NCBI GenBank assembly: GCA_965217775.1
Contig: CBDCJH010000002.1
Location: forward strand, 800,001 to 864,000
Reading direction: 5' to 3'
Source: Acidobacteriota bacterium
GTDB lineage: Bacteria > Acidobacteriota > UBA6911 > RPQK01 > JAJDTT01
Length of the DNA stretch: 64,000 nt
The translations under genes and the position numbers were made by a program. The notes beneath the pieces are model-generated. The model made no database searches, was not told the DNA's origin, and saw nothing but the letters and a program-made list of their open reading frames with translations. Positions 8,817-19,300 of this stretch are shown here, piece after piece (position 1 is the first letter of the stretch; each line of letters opens with the position of its first letter).

Positions 8817-9911
8817 TCATTTGTTGGATTTTCTGCGATTGCACTGCTTGCACAGCATTTGACAGTTCTGTGCGATTGTCTTGCCGCCCTCGGCCCAAGG
8901 GGTGATGTGGTCGGCCTCCATATACGACATCTCAAACTTCTTCGCACATGACTTGCAAATGCCGTTTTGACTCTCGAACGCCTTCTGCTTCATGGCGGGG
9001 GAGAAGGCCCGGATGTTGAGATGTTTCTCCTCGCCGGTGAGGAGATACGGGTAGATGCCCGCCTTTTTCGTCACATCGTCGTCGATCATCAGGCGGACAA
9101 TGTCGTCCTCAAGTCCTTCGGGATCCAGGCTCTCGTCTTTGAGTTGCCCGTAAAGCCCGCCCCAATCCACGCCTTTCATTGGCTTGCGGTAGTTCGGGAA
9201 AACCGCTTCCACCCGGTTGATTACCGCTTGGAAGTGACTCCACAAGGCGGTTGCGGTCTTGTCGTGCTGATGCGTGGCCATGTACTCTTCGACCGTCTGG
9301 CCCTCGTCCTTGATCCATTGGATCGCGATTTCGAGGTACTCCTGGCGATCCGCCCTCCCTTTCACATACCGACTTCCGATTGCATAAGCCGGGCAGGCGG
9401 CCCCCTTCCGGCTGAAATGCCGCTTTGCGTCGGACACCCACGGGCCAGCATAGACCGCATTCCGCAGCTCTTGGCTGGTCAGCCTTTCGCCCGCGATGTT
9501 GATGATCCTGAACCAAGCCAGCTTCTCGCTGGCACTCCCCTCGCAGAAATAAACCTGCAACGGGTAATTGAGGATCCGCTCCTGCTCGTCGTCTTGCAGG
9601 TTGTGGAAATACCGCCCGTCAAGGGAGTAGTCGCCTTTCACGTACTGCGCGGCTGAGATCGTGCGCTGCTGGCCGTCTATGACTTCATACGTTCCGTCTT
9701 GGCGCACGGCCCAATACATCACATTGAGCGGAAAGCCCTTGTTGATCGTCTCGATCACCGCATTGCGCTGCTTGTCCTTATAGACAAACTCGCGCTGAAA
9801 AGGCGGGCGGATGTCGAGTTTGCCGCCATAGCCGCGCACCCCGCCTTCGCCGTCGTCATGGTAGTCCTCCACAAGGTCGCGGACTGTGATTTTCTTCAGA
9901 TCAATTTTCAT
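8817..9911 (-). CDS. DUF262 + HNH endonuclease (GmrSD-like domain pair)
   Basis: PPFQREFVY, IDGQQR, EADHITPWAEGG...NCQMLCKQCN. Confidence 0.9.
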   Translation of the reverse strand: MKIDLKKITVRDLVEDYHDDGEGGVRGYGGKLDIRPPFQREFVYKDKQRNAVIETINKGFPLNVMYWAVRQDGTYEVIDGQQRTISAAQYVKGDYSLDGRYFHNLQDDEQERILNYPLQVYFCEGSASEKLAWFRIINIAGERLTSQELRNAVYAGPWVSDAKRHFSRKGAACPAYAIGSRYVKGRADRQEYLEIAIQWIKDEGQTVEEYMATHQHDKTATALWSHFQAVINRVEAVFPNYRKPMKGVDWGGLYGQLKDESLDPEGLEDDIVRLMIDDDVTKKAGIYPYLLTGEEKHLNIRAFSPAMKQKAFESQNGICKSCAKKFEMSYMEADHITPWAEGGKTIAQNCQMLCKQCNRRKSNK

Positions 9912-10434
9912 TGCGGCAGCACTCTCTTAATCAGAAGGCGAACATAAGTGGGTCTGAACTCGCCCCCAACCTTTATCACACCCCTTCTATTCAGATTGCC
10001 TGCGTTGGGCACATCTGCCACCGAGTATTCTTTCGTCTTAAGATCGGAGTTGTTGTCCCTGTCTGTTATCCCCATGACTTCGAACTGCTCCGGGTTGTGT
10101 TTGTCCAGAAATGTTATCGGCACCCCCATCGCCCCGTCCCAATCCATCGGGATTTCGGCGGTCTTGTCCACATTGATCGCGTCGTAGTTGTCGTAGGCCG
10201 GGTATTCCTCCGGCGAGTACCGCTTGTAGAGGATCAATTCCTCGTGGCGCATGGCATGGTCGAGATTGGTGAACCAGCCGACGTTTCTGAATTTGACCAG
10301 TCCGGTCGATTCGTCGAAGTACGACTTGCTTTCGTAGCGTTCAACGTCCGCCACCTTGAAATACGCGTTTCCATTGCTGAAGCCATATCCAAACCACACC
10401 CGGTTCTCTTTGATTAGCGGAAAAATCTCCTTAT

Positions 10435-12430
10435 CCCAGATTATTCATCACGCAAACATAAAATGGGAAAGCGTTCCCGCCATGTCGAGTCGGATCAGAG
10501 GGTTACGGGATACCCACAGAAAAAGGTCGAGAGCCGCCGTGGGTGAAACGCTATCGTGGTTTTCGACTCCGCCTTAATCTTTGGGTTCAGAGGGGTCCGA
10601 AACCCTCGCATTTCCAAGGTTTTCTCCCCTTCCATGGGCGGCAAAAAGAGGCGGCGTGCCCGTCATTTGTGGTATGATTATGGTGCTAAGAAACAACAAC
10701 AAAGAACGGAGCACGCCATGCCTGAGACGATACCGCAGATCCGGCCCTCATTCAACCGATCCCTCCGCCTCGAGACCCGCCCCGAGTTGCTCAGTGCGGA
10801 CACGGGAGCCCTGGTGCAACGGGAGATGATGGATCGTAGCGGCCTCATCGATTGGTTGACCGAGCGGTTGCACGATCGGCGACACCCGAGTTCGATCCGC
10901 TATCCGCTGTCGGATCTGCTGCGGACTCGACTCCTGCTGCTGGGGCAGGGCTGGCGCGACCAGTCCGACGCCGACCGCCTGCGTCAGGATCCGAGCTTGC
11001 GGGTGGCGAGCCAGACCCGTCGGGGCACGGCGGCCTTGGAGGAGGGCCAGGGGCTGGCATCGCAGCCGACCTTGTCCCGACTGCTGGACACGCTCAGCCG
11101 GGAGGAGAACGTTCCGGTCCTGCACCAGGCGGTGACGGAGCTGGCGTGCCGTCGGATCGAGATGATCGAAGGTCGGCGGCGAAAACGGGGGAAAAAGACC
11201 CCACGGAAGAAGAGACGGAAAAAGACGATGGTCCTGGACGTGGACGGTCTCCCGGTGGAGGTCCATGGGCATCCCCCGGGAAGCGAATGGAACGGATACT
11301 ATCGCCAGCGGATGTACCACGGGTTGGTGGCGAGTTGTGCCGAGACGGGGGACCTGATCGACGGGGAGATTTTTCCGGGAGCCAGCTACTTGGGGAAGAA
11401 GGCGCTGAAGTTGACGCTCCGGGTGGTGGACCGCTGTCGGGGGCGTCTGTGCGGCTCGATGATCGTTCGGATGGATGCGGGGTTCCCGGAGCCGGGGCTG
11501 CTGAAGGGGCTGGAATCGAGAAGCGTGCCCTATATCGCTCGAATCCGCAAGAATGAGGTCCTGAATCGGATGGCGAAGCCCTACTTGACCCAACCGGCGG
11601 GGCGATCCCCGGATGCACCACCGAGGCTCTGGTTCCATGAGCTGACCTATCAGGCGGAGAGTTGGGATCGGGCGCGCCGGGTGGTGCTGGTGGTGCGGGA
11701 GCGACCGGGGGAGTTGTATCCGGATCATTTCTGGTTGCTGACGAGCCTGAGCCGGAAGCGTTATGAGGCGGAAGCGTTGCTGGCAAAGTATCGCAAGCGG
11801 GGGAAGGCGGAAGGGCACATGGGGGAGTTGATGGACGTGTTCGATCCGGCCTTGTCCTCCGCGAGCCGGCCCAAGACGCACTATCGGGGCAAACCGCTGA
11901 AGCCGGGAGCCAAGCCGGAAGCGACGACGGAGGCCGGGGTTCGACCCCACAACGAAGTCTTGTTCCTGCTGAATCTGCTGGGGTACGAGATCCTGCACCT
12001 GGGTCGGGTGCTGATGGAGCAGGCGACGCGTCGGGGCTGGAGTCTGCGTCGTTTTCGCGAACGGGTGTTGCGAGTGGCGTCTCGGGCGCTGCGTCAGGGG
12101 AGGCGATTGATTTTCGTCATCAGTCAAGGGGCGACGGACTGGAAGCGGTTGTGGAAGAGCCTGGCGCGGGTGTCCTGGGCGCCGGGATAGTGGACGGAGG
12201 AGGAATCGGGCCCGTGGAAGGGACCGAAACGGTGGGAATTTCTCACCGGAAAGTCAACCTGTCGGCGGATGACGGTCCCCCTGGCCGGTAAACGGTTTAT
12301 GAGTGGTTCAATCGTCCTGTTTTTGAGCCGATTCAGTCGAATCGACAGAGGTTCGAGAGAAACCGGGCTCCGACCGCCAGAAAACGCCGGGCTGGAAGCC
12401 CTTATCAACATGTCCCATGAATAATCTGGG
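10435..12430 (+). mobile_element. IS1380-family insertion sequence
   Basis: TIR cccagattattcat / atgaataatctggg; 5-bp TSD cttat at 10430-10434 and 12431-12435. Confidence 0.93.
10718..12190 (+). CDS. IS1380 family transposase
   Basis: LASQPTLSR, LDVD, VRMDAGF, YRKRGKAE motifs. Confidence 0.92.
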   Translation: MPETIPQIRPSFNRSLRLETRPELLSADTGALVQREMMDRSGLIDWLTERLHDRRHPSSIRYPLSDLLRTRLLLLGQGWRDQSDADRLRQDPSLRVASQTRRGTAALEEGQGLASQPTLSRLLDTLSREENVPVLHQAVTELACRRIEMIEGRRRKRGKKTPRKKRRKKTMVLDVDGLPVEVHGHPPGSEWNGYYRQRMYHGLVASCAETGDLIDGEIFPGASYLGKKALKLTLRVVDRCRGRLCGSMIVRMDAGFPEPGLLKGLESRSVPYIARIRKNEVLNRMAKPYLTQPAGRSPDAPPRLWFHELTYQAESWDRARRVVLVVRERPGELYPDHFWLLTSLSRKRYEAEALLAKYRKRGKAEGHMGELMDVFDPALSSASRPKTHYRGKPLKPGAKPEATTEAGVRPHNEVLFLLNLLGYEILHLGRVLMEQATRRGWSLRRFRERVLRVASRALRQGRRLIFVISQGATDWKRLWKSLARVSWAPG

Positions 12431-13030
12431 CTTATAGGTGACGGCGTTCTTGCTCCCGATAATCAGGAACTTCTTGCCGTACTCCTCCAGTTGGGCGACG
12501 TATTCGCGGAACAGCGAAAACGGCGGGTTGGTCACCACGATGTCCGCCTGCTTCAAAAGCTCGATGCATTCCGGGCTGCGGAAATCCCCGTCCCCTTCAA
12601 ACGCATGGACCCCAATATCCTCTACGTCGGGTACTCTGCCGCCCTTAGAGTTCCCCTTGTATTCGAGCCATATCGCCCGCTCCACATCGTGACGGCTGAA
12701 TAGGTCGCGGTCCTGGTTCTTGTAGCACGCAGTGATGAGCTTCTTCAGGCCCAGGCGCTCGAAGTTGTACGAGAAGTAATGGAAGAAGTTGGAGACGCGG
12801 GGATCGTCGCAATTGCAATACACGACTTTGCCCCGGAAATGTCTGGTGTAGTGGCGCAGCTCGTTCTCGATGTCGGAAAGCTGCGTGTAGAACTCGTCGT
12901 TCTTCTGCCGCTTGGCTTTTCGTAAGTTTTCATTCAGAGACATGGGTTTGCTCCCTAACCAAGCCTGTTATCGGTGATCAGTCCCCGATATTTGAGCCGC
13001 TCATGCTCGTTCCCCAACCTCGGCACTTCG

Positions 13031-13120
13031 CTAGATTATTTCCTTCTCGTAAACCGCGTCCTGCCAGTCATCCGCGAATTCGGCGGCGCGGGCACGGACT
13101 TCGTTCCAAGGCAGGCGCAT
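13031..13120 (-). pseudogene. N-terminal fragment of MmeI/YeeA-like type IIG R-M enzyme
   Basis: manual translation MRLPWNEVRARAAEFADDWQDAVYEK then stop. Confidence 0.65.
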
Positions 13121-13147
13121 TAGCCTGAGCGACGGCGCGAGCCTCGA

Positions 13148-13471
13148 TCATGCGTGCAGCGCCCCCGTGCTCCGTTCCAAAGCCGTCCGGTCGCGCCGCG
13201 CCTGCGCAAGCTCGTAGCTCGCCTGCATCCGCATCCAGTGTTCGGCGGTACCCCAGCCGATATCCTCCAACGCCAACGCCATGTTCGCCGACACCCCTGC
13301 CTTGCCGTTCAGCAACCGCGACAGCGTTCCGCGCTCGCAGCCGAGACGCGCCGCCGTCTCGGTCACGTTCCAGCCCATATCGTCCATGCTCTCCCGGATC
13401 AGTTCGCCCAGGTGCGGCGGACTCAGCATCGGACCGACGCGCTCGCTTGAAATGTCGTTCATGGTCAGCAC
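13148..13471 (-). CDS. higA: HigA family antitoxin
   Basis: PPHLGELIRE, HTH, WMRMQASYEL. Confidence 0.9.
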   Translation of the reverse strand: MLTMNDISSERVGPMLSPPHLGELIRESMDDMGWNVTETAARLGCERGTLSRLLNGKAGVSANMALALEDIGWGTAEHWMRMQASYELAQARRDRTALERSTGALHA

Positions 13472-13480
13472 TCCCTTCAG

Positions 13481-13753
13481 TCAGTGATAGTCGATCAGGT
13501 CAACGTCCACGGCTTCGCCGTCCTCGAAGCGGAACACCACGCGCCAGTTCCCGGAAACGCGAACGCTCCACTGGCCCGCACGGTCGCCCTTCAAGGGATG
13601 CAGCCGGAAGCCCGGCGCATCGGCGCTTCGCGGATGCGTCGCCTCTTGCAGACGGAACAGGATGCGCCGGAGCCGTGGCACGAAACCGACAGGTACCCGC
13701 GCGGGATTGTCCCGCTCATGCAGCGCCCGCAACCCCTTATGTCTAATCTTCAT
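13481..13753 (-). CDS. higB: HigB/RelE-like killer toxin
   Basis: IRHKGL...LHPLKGDRAGQWSVRVSGNWRVVFRF...DYH; toxin upstream of antitoxin. Confidence 0.9.
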   Translation of the reverse strand: MKIRHKGLRALHERDNPARVPVGFVPRLRRILFRLQEATHPRSADAPGFRLHPLKGDRAGQWSVRVSGNWRVVFRFEDGEAVDVDLIDYH

Positions 13754-14174
13754 AGACCACGATGCAACTATTGTAACGCGAAACGCTACGCGCTGCGAAG
13801 CCTCGGTCACTGGCCAACGTTACGCATACGCCCCTCGGCTACGTGTTCCTCCCTGAGTGGCCTGAGGAACGCCTACCGGTCCCGGACCGTGGCTGGAGTA
13901 AGGCGAAACAGGCCGAACCCCAATCTGCTTGACACACTCTTCACGATGAAACTGCGACAAGAGTGGCTGCGAGAGTCCCTCGTAGAGAACCACGCGGAAC
14001 CGTTGGCGGTTGTTGGAAACGTTCTTCTTGCCGATGATCCGGTCGCTGTGGGTCAGGAGATGCGCCGGCCGCGGAGCCTCTCCACCGCCTGCTTCCTGAG
14101 GGTCTCCAGCCGCTGCTCGTGGATGTCGGGGGCGTTCATGCGTCCCATCTTGCCCGTCACGGGTGTCATTTTTA

Positions 14175-14478
14175 GCCTTCCCGCCAGGGATAAATGGGAT
14201 GGGAGCGACCCCCCCAGGGGGCGTTGCGCAAATGTGAATTGCGCAACGCCCCCGCGCCCGCTCCGGGCAGCAAAAAGGGGGGGTCGCTCCCGTCCACGTC
14301 CCCATTCCCCGAGCGGGCACCGCCGGTCCGAGGAATGGGACGTAAACATAGGAAAGACAAGGAGATCGGGGAAATCTCGTGTGTAAGTTGGCGAACTCTC
14401 ATAGTGTAAGTCACCCCCTTTGTCTCACTTACACTCCTGGATCGACACGGGTACCGCACTCTGAAACCTGAGCGAGAC
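14175..14478 (-). repeat. structured repeat copy C (GTGTAAG/CTTACAC variant)
   Basis: reverse complement aligns with copies B and D. Confidence 0.9.
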
Positions 14479-14482
14479 GGAG

Positions 14483-15203
14483 TTGACATTGATCTGCAGC
14501 TTGATGATGGACGGCGAGGTGCTGGAAGAGATGGAGGCCCCGCTGACGCCCAACGGTCAGGACGCCCAGTTCGTCAGTGAGATGTTCGAATACTACACGT
14601 CGGACTTTTCGGGATCGGTGCCTTGCGTGGTGCCAGGCATCGCAAAAAAGTTCACGGAAGTCGCAATAGAAATGGATCCCATGAACGGCATCGTCACCAC
14701 GCTACCGGTGATTCCTCTGGAGAGTGATAGGCTGCCGGAAGAAACGATGGCAGCACCACCGCCGGTGGTTGCGGTCGACATTTACGCGACGGTCTCGGGG
14801 GCAGCACTCGGCTCCGTGATGGTTGAGGACACGGACAACGGTGTCCGCTTCACGCCCGATTTGACAGGCGTCACTGCTGGCGAGCATGGCTTTCACGTCC
14901 ATGTGAACCTGGACTGCGACATGGCTGACCAAAAACGCGGGAGGGCACTATGACCCGGCGAATACGGGGCGTCACGAAGGACCCGAGGGGAACGGTCATC
15001 TTGGAGACCTGCCGAGACTGATGGTCGCCGGAAACGGCACAGCGACCGCTCCTGTAGTCACCCGGCGGGTCCAGGTAAGCAATCTTGCGGGTCGTTCCTT
15101 GATGGTTCACGCGGGTGGTGACAACTACTCGGACATGCCTGATCCGCTTGGCGGAGGTGGATCGCGCGTGGCGTGCGGAGTCGTACCGGCCATCGAGAAT
15201 TAG
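14483..15203 (+). pseudogene. sodC: Cu/Zn superoxide dismutase domain fusion, frameshifted and 5'-truncated
   Basis: HGFHVH, then +1 frame AGGHYDP...HEGP...HLGDLP...VHAGGDNYSD...GGGGSRVACG; shift at caaaaac near 14930-14937. Confidence 0.85.
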
Positions 15204-15454
15204 TCGTATAGCCGGGCCGATCACAAGACTGCCAACAGCTTTCGCCATTCCCGATGGAGTGGCCGCCCCCTGGAATCCCCGAGCCGGAGGAAGTGTGCCT
15301 GGAGTCGCTGGCGGGCGCTTCAGACGCGCCATGCCAGTCGCGCACCACAAGGGGGAGATTCCTCTGAGCCACGGGTGGATTTCCGGGATGCTATGCTTGT
15401 CTGTGAGAGAGACGAACTCTAATAGACGTTACCCCAAATGAGGAGGGAGGAGCC

Positions 15455-15952
15455 GTGAATACATGGTGGCTTGCCATTGATCGGAATCAGGGGAATGCTT
15501 CTTACGAAAAGTTGAAAAATCGGAAAGTGGTAGCACAAGGATGGCCGAAACTGGGAGATCTGAGAACACTCTGCACTCTAGTTGAAAAGGGGGATAGAAA
15601 CGCATTCACTCACAAGGTGAGGGCCCGGCATTTGCTTGTGTACGGCGAAGAGTACAGTAGTCAAGCCTCTCGTATCATGTGGGACTTGTTGAGCTTGAGA
15701 TCCGGTGATCTTGTTGTGGGGATTGAAGGAGTCGCTGTAAAAGGCATTTGCCGACTGGAGCAAGAAGGATGGGAAAGCTATAAGCATGACTCCACATACG
15801 AGTATGCCCAAACTGTCGGTTTCCCGGTCGAGTGGGTTGATTGGGAGTTTGATTTTACGCCACGTGCCCCGAACCAAGGCGTGCCAGGAATCAGACAGCT
15901 TCAAAGCGAAAGGGAGAAAGTAATTTCTGTTTGGGAAAACCGAGAAATCTAG
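15455..15952 (+). CDS. hypothetical protein resembling N-terminal domains of restriction-associated proteins
   Basis: RBS ggagg, VVAQGWPKLGDL...LRSGDLVV pattern; lower GC. Confidence 0.6.
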   Translation: MNTWWLAIDRNQGNASYEKLKNRKVVAQGWPKLGDLRTLCTLVEKGDRNAFTHKVRARHLLVYGEEYSSQASRIMWDLLSLRSGDLVVGIEGVAVKGICRLEQEGWESYKHDSTYEYAQTVGFPVEWVDWEFDFTPRAPNQGVPGIRQLQSEREKVISVWENREI

Positions 15953-16060
15953 TCGATAGGCTCCTAAATTCCTTTTCTACAGGAGACAAGAGGGCATCCA
16001 CACCTCGGTCATTCAGCCAACAACGGTTACCGCGCCTTGCAGGCGAGAGGTCATTCGTGA

Positions 16061-16364
16061 CTCGTTTCGGCAGTGCGTCAAGGGGGTCATGTGGCCGATC
16101 CGGGAGTGTGAATGGGACAAGCCGGGTGGATTCACAAAAAGCGGTCCCGGTGATTCACAAAGACGCTTCCCCCGATCTCCCTTTCCTGCTTGTGGTTACG
16201 GCCAGATCCGCGGACGCCGGCGCCCGCACGGGGAAATCGGAGGTGGACGGGAGCGACCCCCCCTTTTTGCTGCCCGTATCGGGCACGGGGGCGTTGCGCA
16301 ATTCACATTTGCGCAACACCCCCTGGGGGGGTCGCTCCCGTCTCATTGATCCCTGCGGGAAGGC
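16061..16364 (+). repeat. structured repeat copy D (GTGAAT/ATTCAC variant, full length)
   Basis: 17-bp outer stem 16246-16262/16326-16342 enclosing two hairpins. Confidence 0.9.
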
Positions 16365-16483
16365 CCCTGCGAAGATTCCTGAAGACTTGTTGTGGCCGTC
16401 CAAGGCGTCCATGCTCCCCACGTGATACAATGTGATCTATGTATGACCACAGGCTATAAGTGCCCCTGTGGTACGCTTGAAGG

Positions 16484-16905
16484 ATGAAGGGTTTTCGCGT
16501 CCGCTTGGACGACGACCTGGACCGAGTCCTGGAATTTCTGGAGTCGGAACGCTATGTGAACGTCGGCGCCTGGGTCCGCTCTCTGCTACGCGCGGGCCTG
16601 ACCCAGCAACGTTGGGTGCGGCTCCGGGGGTGGCGCCCCTCCTGGAAACTCCAACTACGAGATCTCCGCCGCTTCGGAGTTGGAGTCCCTACAAGCTCGA
16701 AGATGGCTCCTGGGGATCTTCCTACCTTGGCGATGCCGTCAAGCTCCCCGAGGACCCGGCCAGGTGCTCCATCGAGATTACGCCCCGGCGGGGAGACTCC
16801 TGGACCGCCACCGTGTTAGACGTCATCGAGCGCCGGGAGATTTCGTCCTGGTCCGCGACTCGGGGAAACCATCCGACGCTGCGTGATTTATCGGTTGGGA
16901 GGTAA
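16484..16905 (+). pseudogene. ribbon-helix-helix-like protein, probably frameshifted
   Basis: MKGFRVRLDDDLDRVLEFLES...VGAWVRSLL N-terminus; plausible continuation in overlapping frame ending 16905. Confidence 0.4.
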
Positions 16906-16930
16906 ACTGGGCTGAATTGGAGGAGAACCC

Positions 16931-17167
16931 ATGGGAGTCATGGTAAGCGAGATTTACGACGCGTTGATCGATGCGGGCGCGACTGAAGCCAAGGCACGGG
17001 CGGCGGCGGAGGCCATTCCAATCAGTGACCAGTTAGCCACCAAACAGGACATCATCGAACTCAAAACCGACATCGCCAGCCTGAAAGCAGATTCCAAGAT
17101 CATCAAGTATGTCTTCGCTCCTGCTGTCATCTTCCTGCTCCTCAAGATCGCATTCTTCTCCTCCTGA
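16931..17167 (+). CDS. small coiled-coil protein with C-terminal TM (DUF1640-like)
   Basis: EIYDALIDAGA...LATKQDI; RBS ggagga. Confidence 0.75.
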   Translation: MGVMVSEIYDALIDAGATEAKARAAAEAIPISDQLATKQDIIELKTDIASLKADSKIIKYVFAPAVIFLLLKIAFFSS

Positions 17168-17186
17168 TCAGATGGGGACAACCATT

Positions 17187-18083
17187 ATGAGCACGAAATC
17201 CTCTCAGGGGGAGCGACCATGGCCCTCCACTCAGCAAATGTTATTGGATCACCTGCAACGAATTGTGGAGGGAGTGACCCTCTTTGAAGACGATTCCGGT
17301 GAGCATTGGTGGTTCGGGTTTGGGGACTGCCTAATTTCGAAGACTTGGTGCATAGACGAAGATGATCATGAGTTTAACAAACGAGTAATGGATAACGCCG
17401 CCATCACCATGTTCTTGTCCAACCTAGGTGTTGAAGCCAGAGATCGCCCTAGCGGCCCTGTTATCCGAAAGACGAATCCTGACCTCCTGAAAACTCTTAC
17501 CGAGATTTTTTCCGATAGACCATCACCTCAGGAATTTCTACGGCAGAGGGTTCCTGAGGTCGGCGTCGGATTAGAGGAAGCGTATGCATTCGAGATGTTG
17601 AACAAGCTGGATCAGGTTGTGGGCCGCAGCAAACAAAAGGCGGTCCAAGAAATTCTGCTTCTGGAGGATGTTCCGGAGGGGGTGGATGACTATATGGCCG
17701 AAGCTGCGGCCTGCTTCCGTTACGGGTTTGACAAAGCGTGCTTGGCAGTCTGCCGAACAGCGCTAGAGGAAATGCTCAAAAAGCGGATTGAATGCGATCA
17801 TGGCAAACGTGCCATCCAGACCTATGATAAACGTAGAGAGCGTTGGGTCGATAAAAATCTCTACACTCTCATCGAGGAAGCACACAAGCAGTACGGGCCT
17901 AAGCAGCAATGGTCTAAGTATCTGAACGACCAGTTGGCTGGGGCTGCCCATCGAATTCGAAGATGGGGGAATGGAGCAGTTCACGGCTCTAGCACAATCC
18001 CCCGTGATGAAGTTAAGTCCAAAGCACAAAGGGCTCTCTTGCACTCCAAACAGATACTGGAACATCTCTGGTCATCGGTCTGA
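17187..18083 (+). CDS. DUF4145 (HEPN-like) domain protein
   Basis: EAAACF...ACLAVCRTALE...IRRWGNGAVH. Confidence 0.75.
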   Translation: MSTKSSQGERPWPSTQQMLLDHLQRIVEGVTLFEDDSGEHWWFGFGDCLISKTWCIDEDDHEFNKRVMDNAAITMFLSNLGVEARDRPSGPVIRKTNPDLLKTLTEIFSDRPSPQEFLRQRVPEVGVGLEEAYAFEMLNKLDQVVGRSKQKAVQEILLLEDVPEGVDDYMAEAAACFRYGFDKACLAVCRTALEEMLKKRIECDHGKRAIQTYDKRRERWVDKNLYTLIEEAHKQYGPKQQWSKYLNDQLAGAAHRIRRWGNGAVHGSSTIPRDEVKSKAQRALLHSKQILEHLWSSV

Positions 18084-18346
18084 CTTCGGTCCTATGAGAA
18101 GGGCATAGTCCCCTTTATTGGGCTCTGATCCGATCCCAGAGCGGTCCTCCCTTCCACTCTTCCACGGCGCGCCGGGTGCATCTCTGGACCCGAGCTTCGC
18201 GACCGGAGACGACCTTCCCCAGCGGAAGCTTCGCCGCCCGCCGCTTCCGAATCTCAATCTAGGTTCCAGCAGAGAGTAGCGTGCTAATATGCTAGCGTGC
18301 GCTCCCTTCAGTGGAGGCCAAACGGTTATCAAGGAAAGAGCGAGTA

Positions 18347-19300
18347 ATGAGGAACCTCTGTGCCATCGCAATCGCCGTTTTGTTCAATGGCGTGCTGCTG
18401 GCCCAGGACGTGACGGAATACTACGTCCCGAATCCTCACTTCCCCGACACTTACGGAGGGGAGCATCATGTCCTCATCACGTCCATGCGAAACACCCTCG
18501 ACGAACCATTGGTGGTCGCCGTGACACAGGGTGAGCACTGCCAAGATTTGGAGTTGGAGGATTCTGGGCTCACCTTTGAAATCGAGGCCGGAGACAAACT
18601 GGACAGTCGGCGGGAGAGTACAGATGGAGACGCTCCGGCCTGGACGAAAGTTTCTCATCCGCCAGTAGATGGGGGAAAGCGTCTCCTGAAGATTTCACAG
18701 TTCTGGAGGCATGTGGACAAGTGGGGCCGGACCATATCCTCTGCCCCCGTGACGTTGCACCACGAAGTATTTGCTGAATGCCCGGAGCCAAAGACCTTCC
18801 ACGGGTTGCGGATCGAACCGGAAAACCGTTGCTCGCCGTATGACCCGGAAGACTACAGCTACCCGGCTTCAATCAAGGATCAAGTCGCCAAGCAGCAGGG
18901 GGGAGCTTTCTGTCCCTACGATTACCAGTGCTTCGCCAGCACCGACGAAATGAGCCTCGATCATATGGTTTCCCGGGCCGAAGCACACGACTCGGGTCTG
19001 TGTCGTGCCAGTGCAGAGGCCAAGAAGCAATTCGCCTCTGATCTGTCTAATCTGACGCTGATACCGAAGGAGTTCAATCCTTACTGGGAATCCGAGAAGC
19101 TGGACAAGGATGCTGCGGAGTGGGTGCCCGGGACCAATGAGTGCTGGTTTGCAGGGACGGTGATTGAGGTGAAGCGCAAATACAGGCTGTCTGTCGATCA
19201 GGCCGAAGCGGACGCCCTTGAGGAAGTTCTCGCCGGTTGCGCCGCATCCGAAATTGGGAGGATGCACGGACCGGACTGGCCCGAATGTGTTGGGGAATGA
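18347..19300 (+). CDS. secreted HNH/DUF1524-type endonuclease
   Basis: signal peptide; LDHMVSRAEAHDSG...FASDLSNL...KDAAEWVP...VKRKYRLSVD. Confidence 0.75.
   Translation: MRNLCAIAIAVLFNGVLLAQDVTEYYVPNPHFPDTYGGEHHVLITSMRNTLDEPLVVAVTQGEHCQDLELEDSGLTFEIEAGDKLDSRRESTDGDAPAWTKVSHPPVDGGKRLLKISQFWRHVDKWGRTISSAPVTLHHEVFAECPEPKTFHGLRIEPENRCSPYDPEDYSYPASIKDQVAKQQGGAFCPYDYQCFASTDEMSLDHMVSRAEAHDSGLCRASAEAKKQFASDLSNLTLIPKEFNPYWESEKLDKDAAEWVPGTNECWFAGTVIEVKRKYRLSVDQAEADALEEVLAGCAASEIGRMHGPDWPECVGE

Larger units (their letters stand above)
9908..12943 (-). pseudogene. EcoRI-family adenine methyltransferase interrupted by IS1380
   Basis: KNDEFYT, YCNCDDP, VVTNPPFSLFREY; frame rejoins as NAVTYK|EIFPLIKENRVWFG after removing IS. 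Confidence 0.9.

Noticed and set aside
14175-16364. Composite transposon bounded by inverted repeat copies C and D
   Set aside because: The copies are different motif variants, no target duplication is visible and no transposase is linked.
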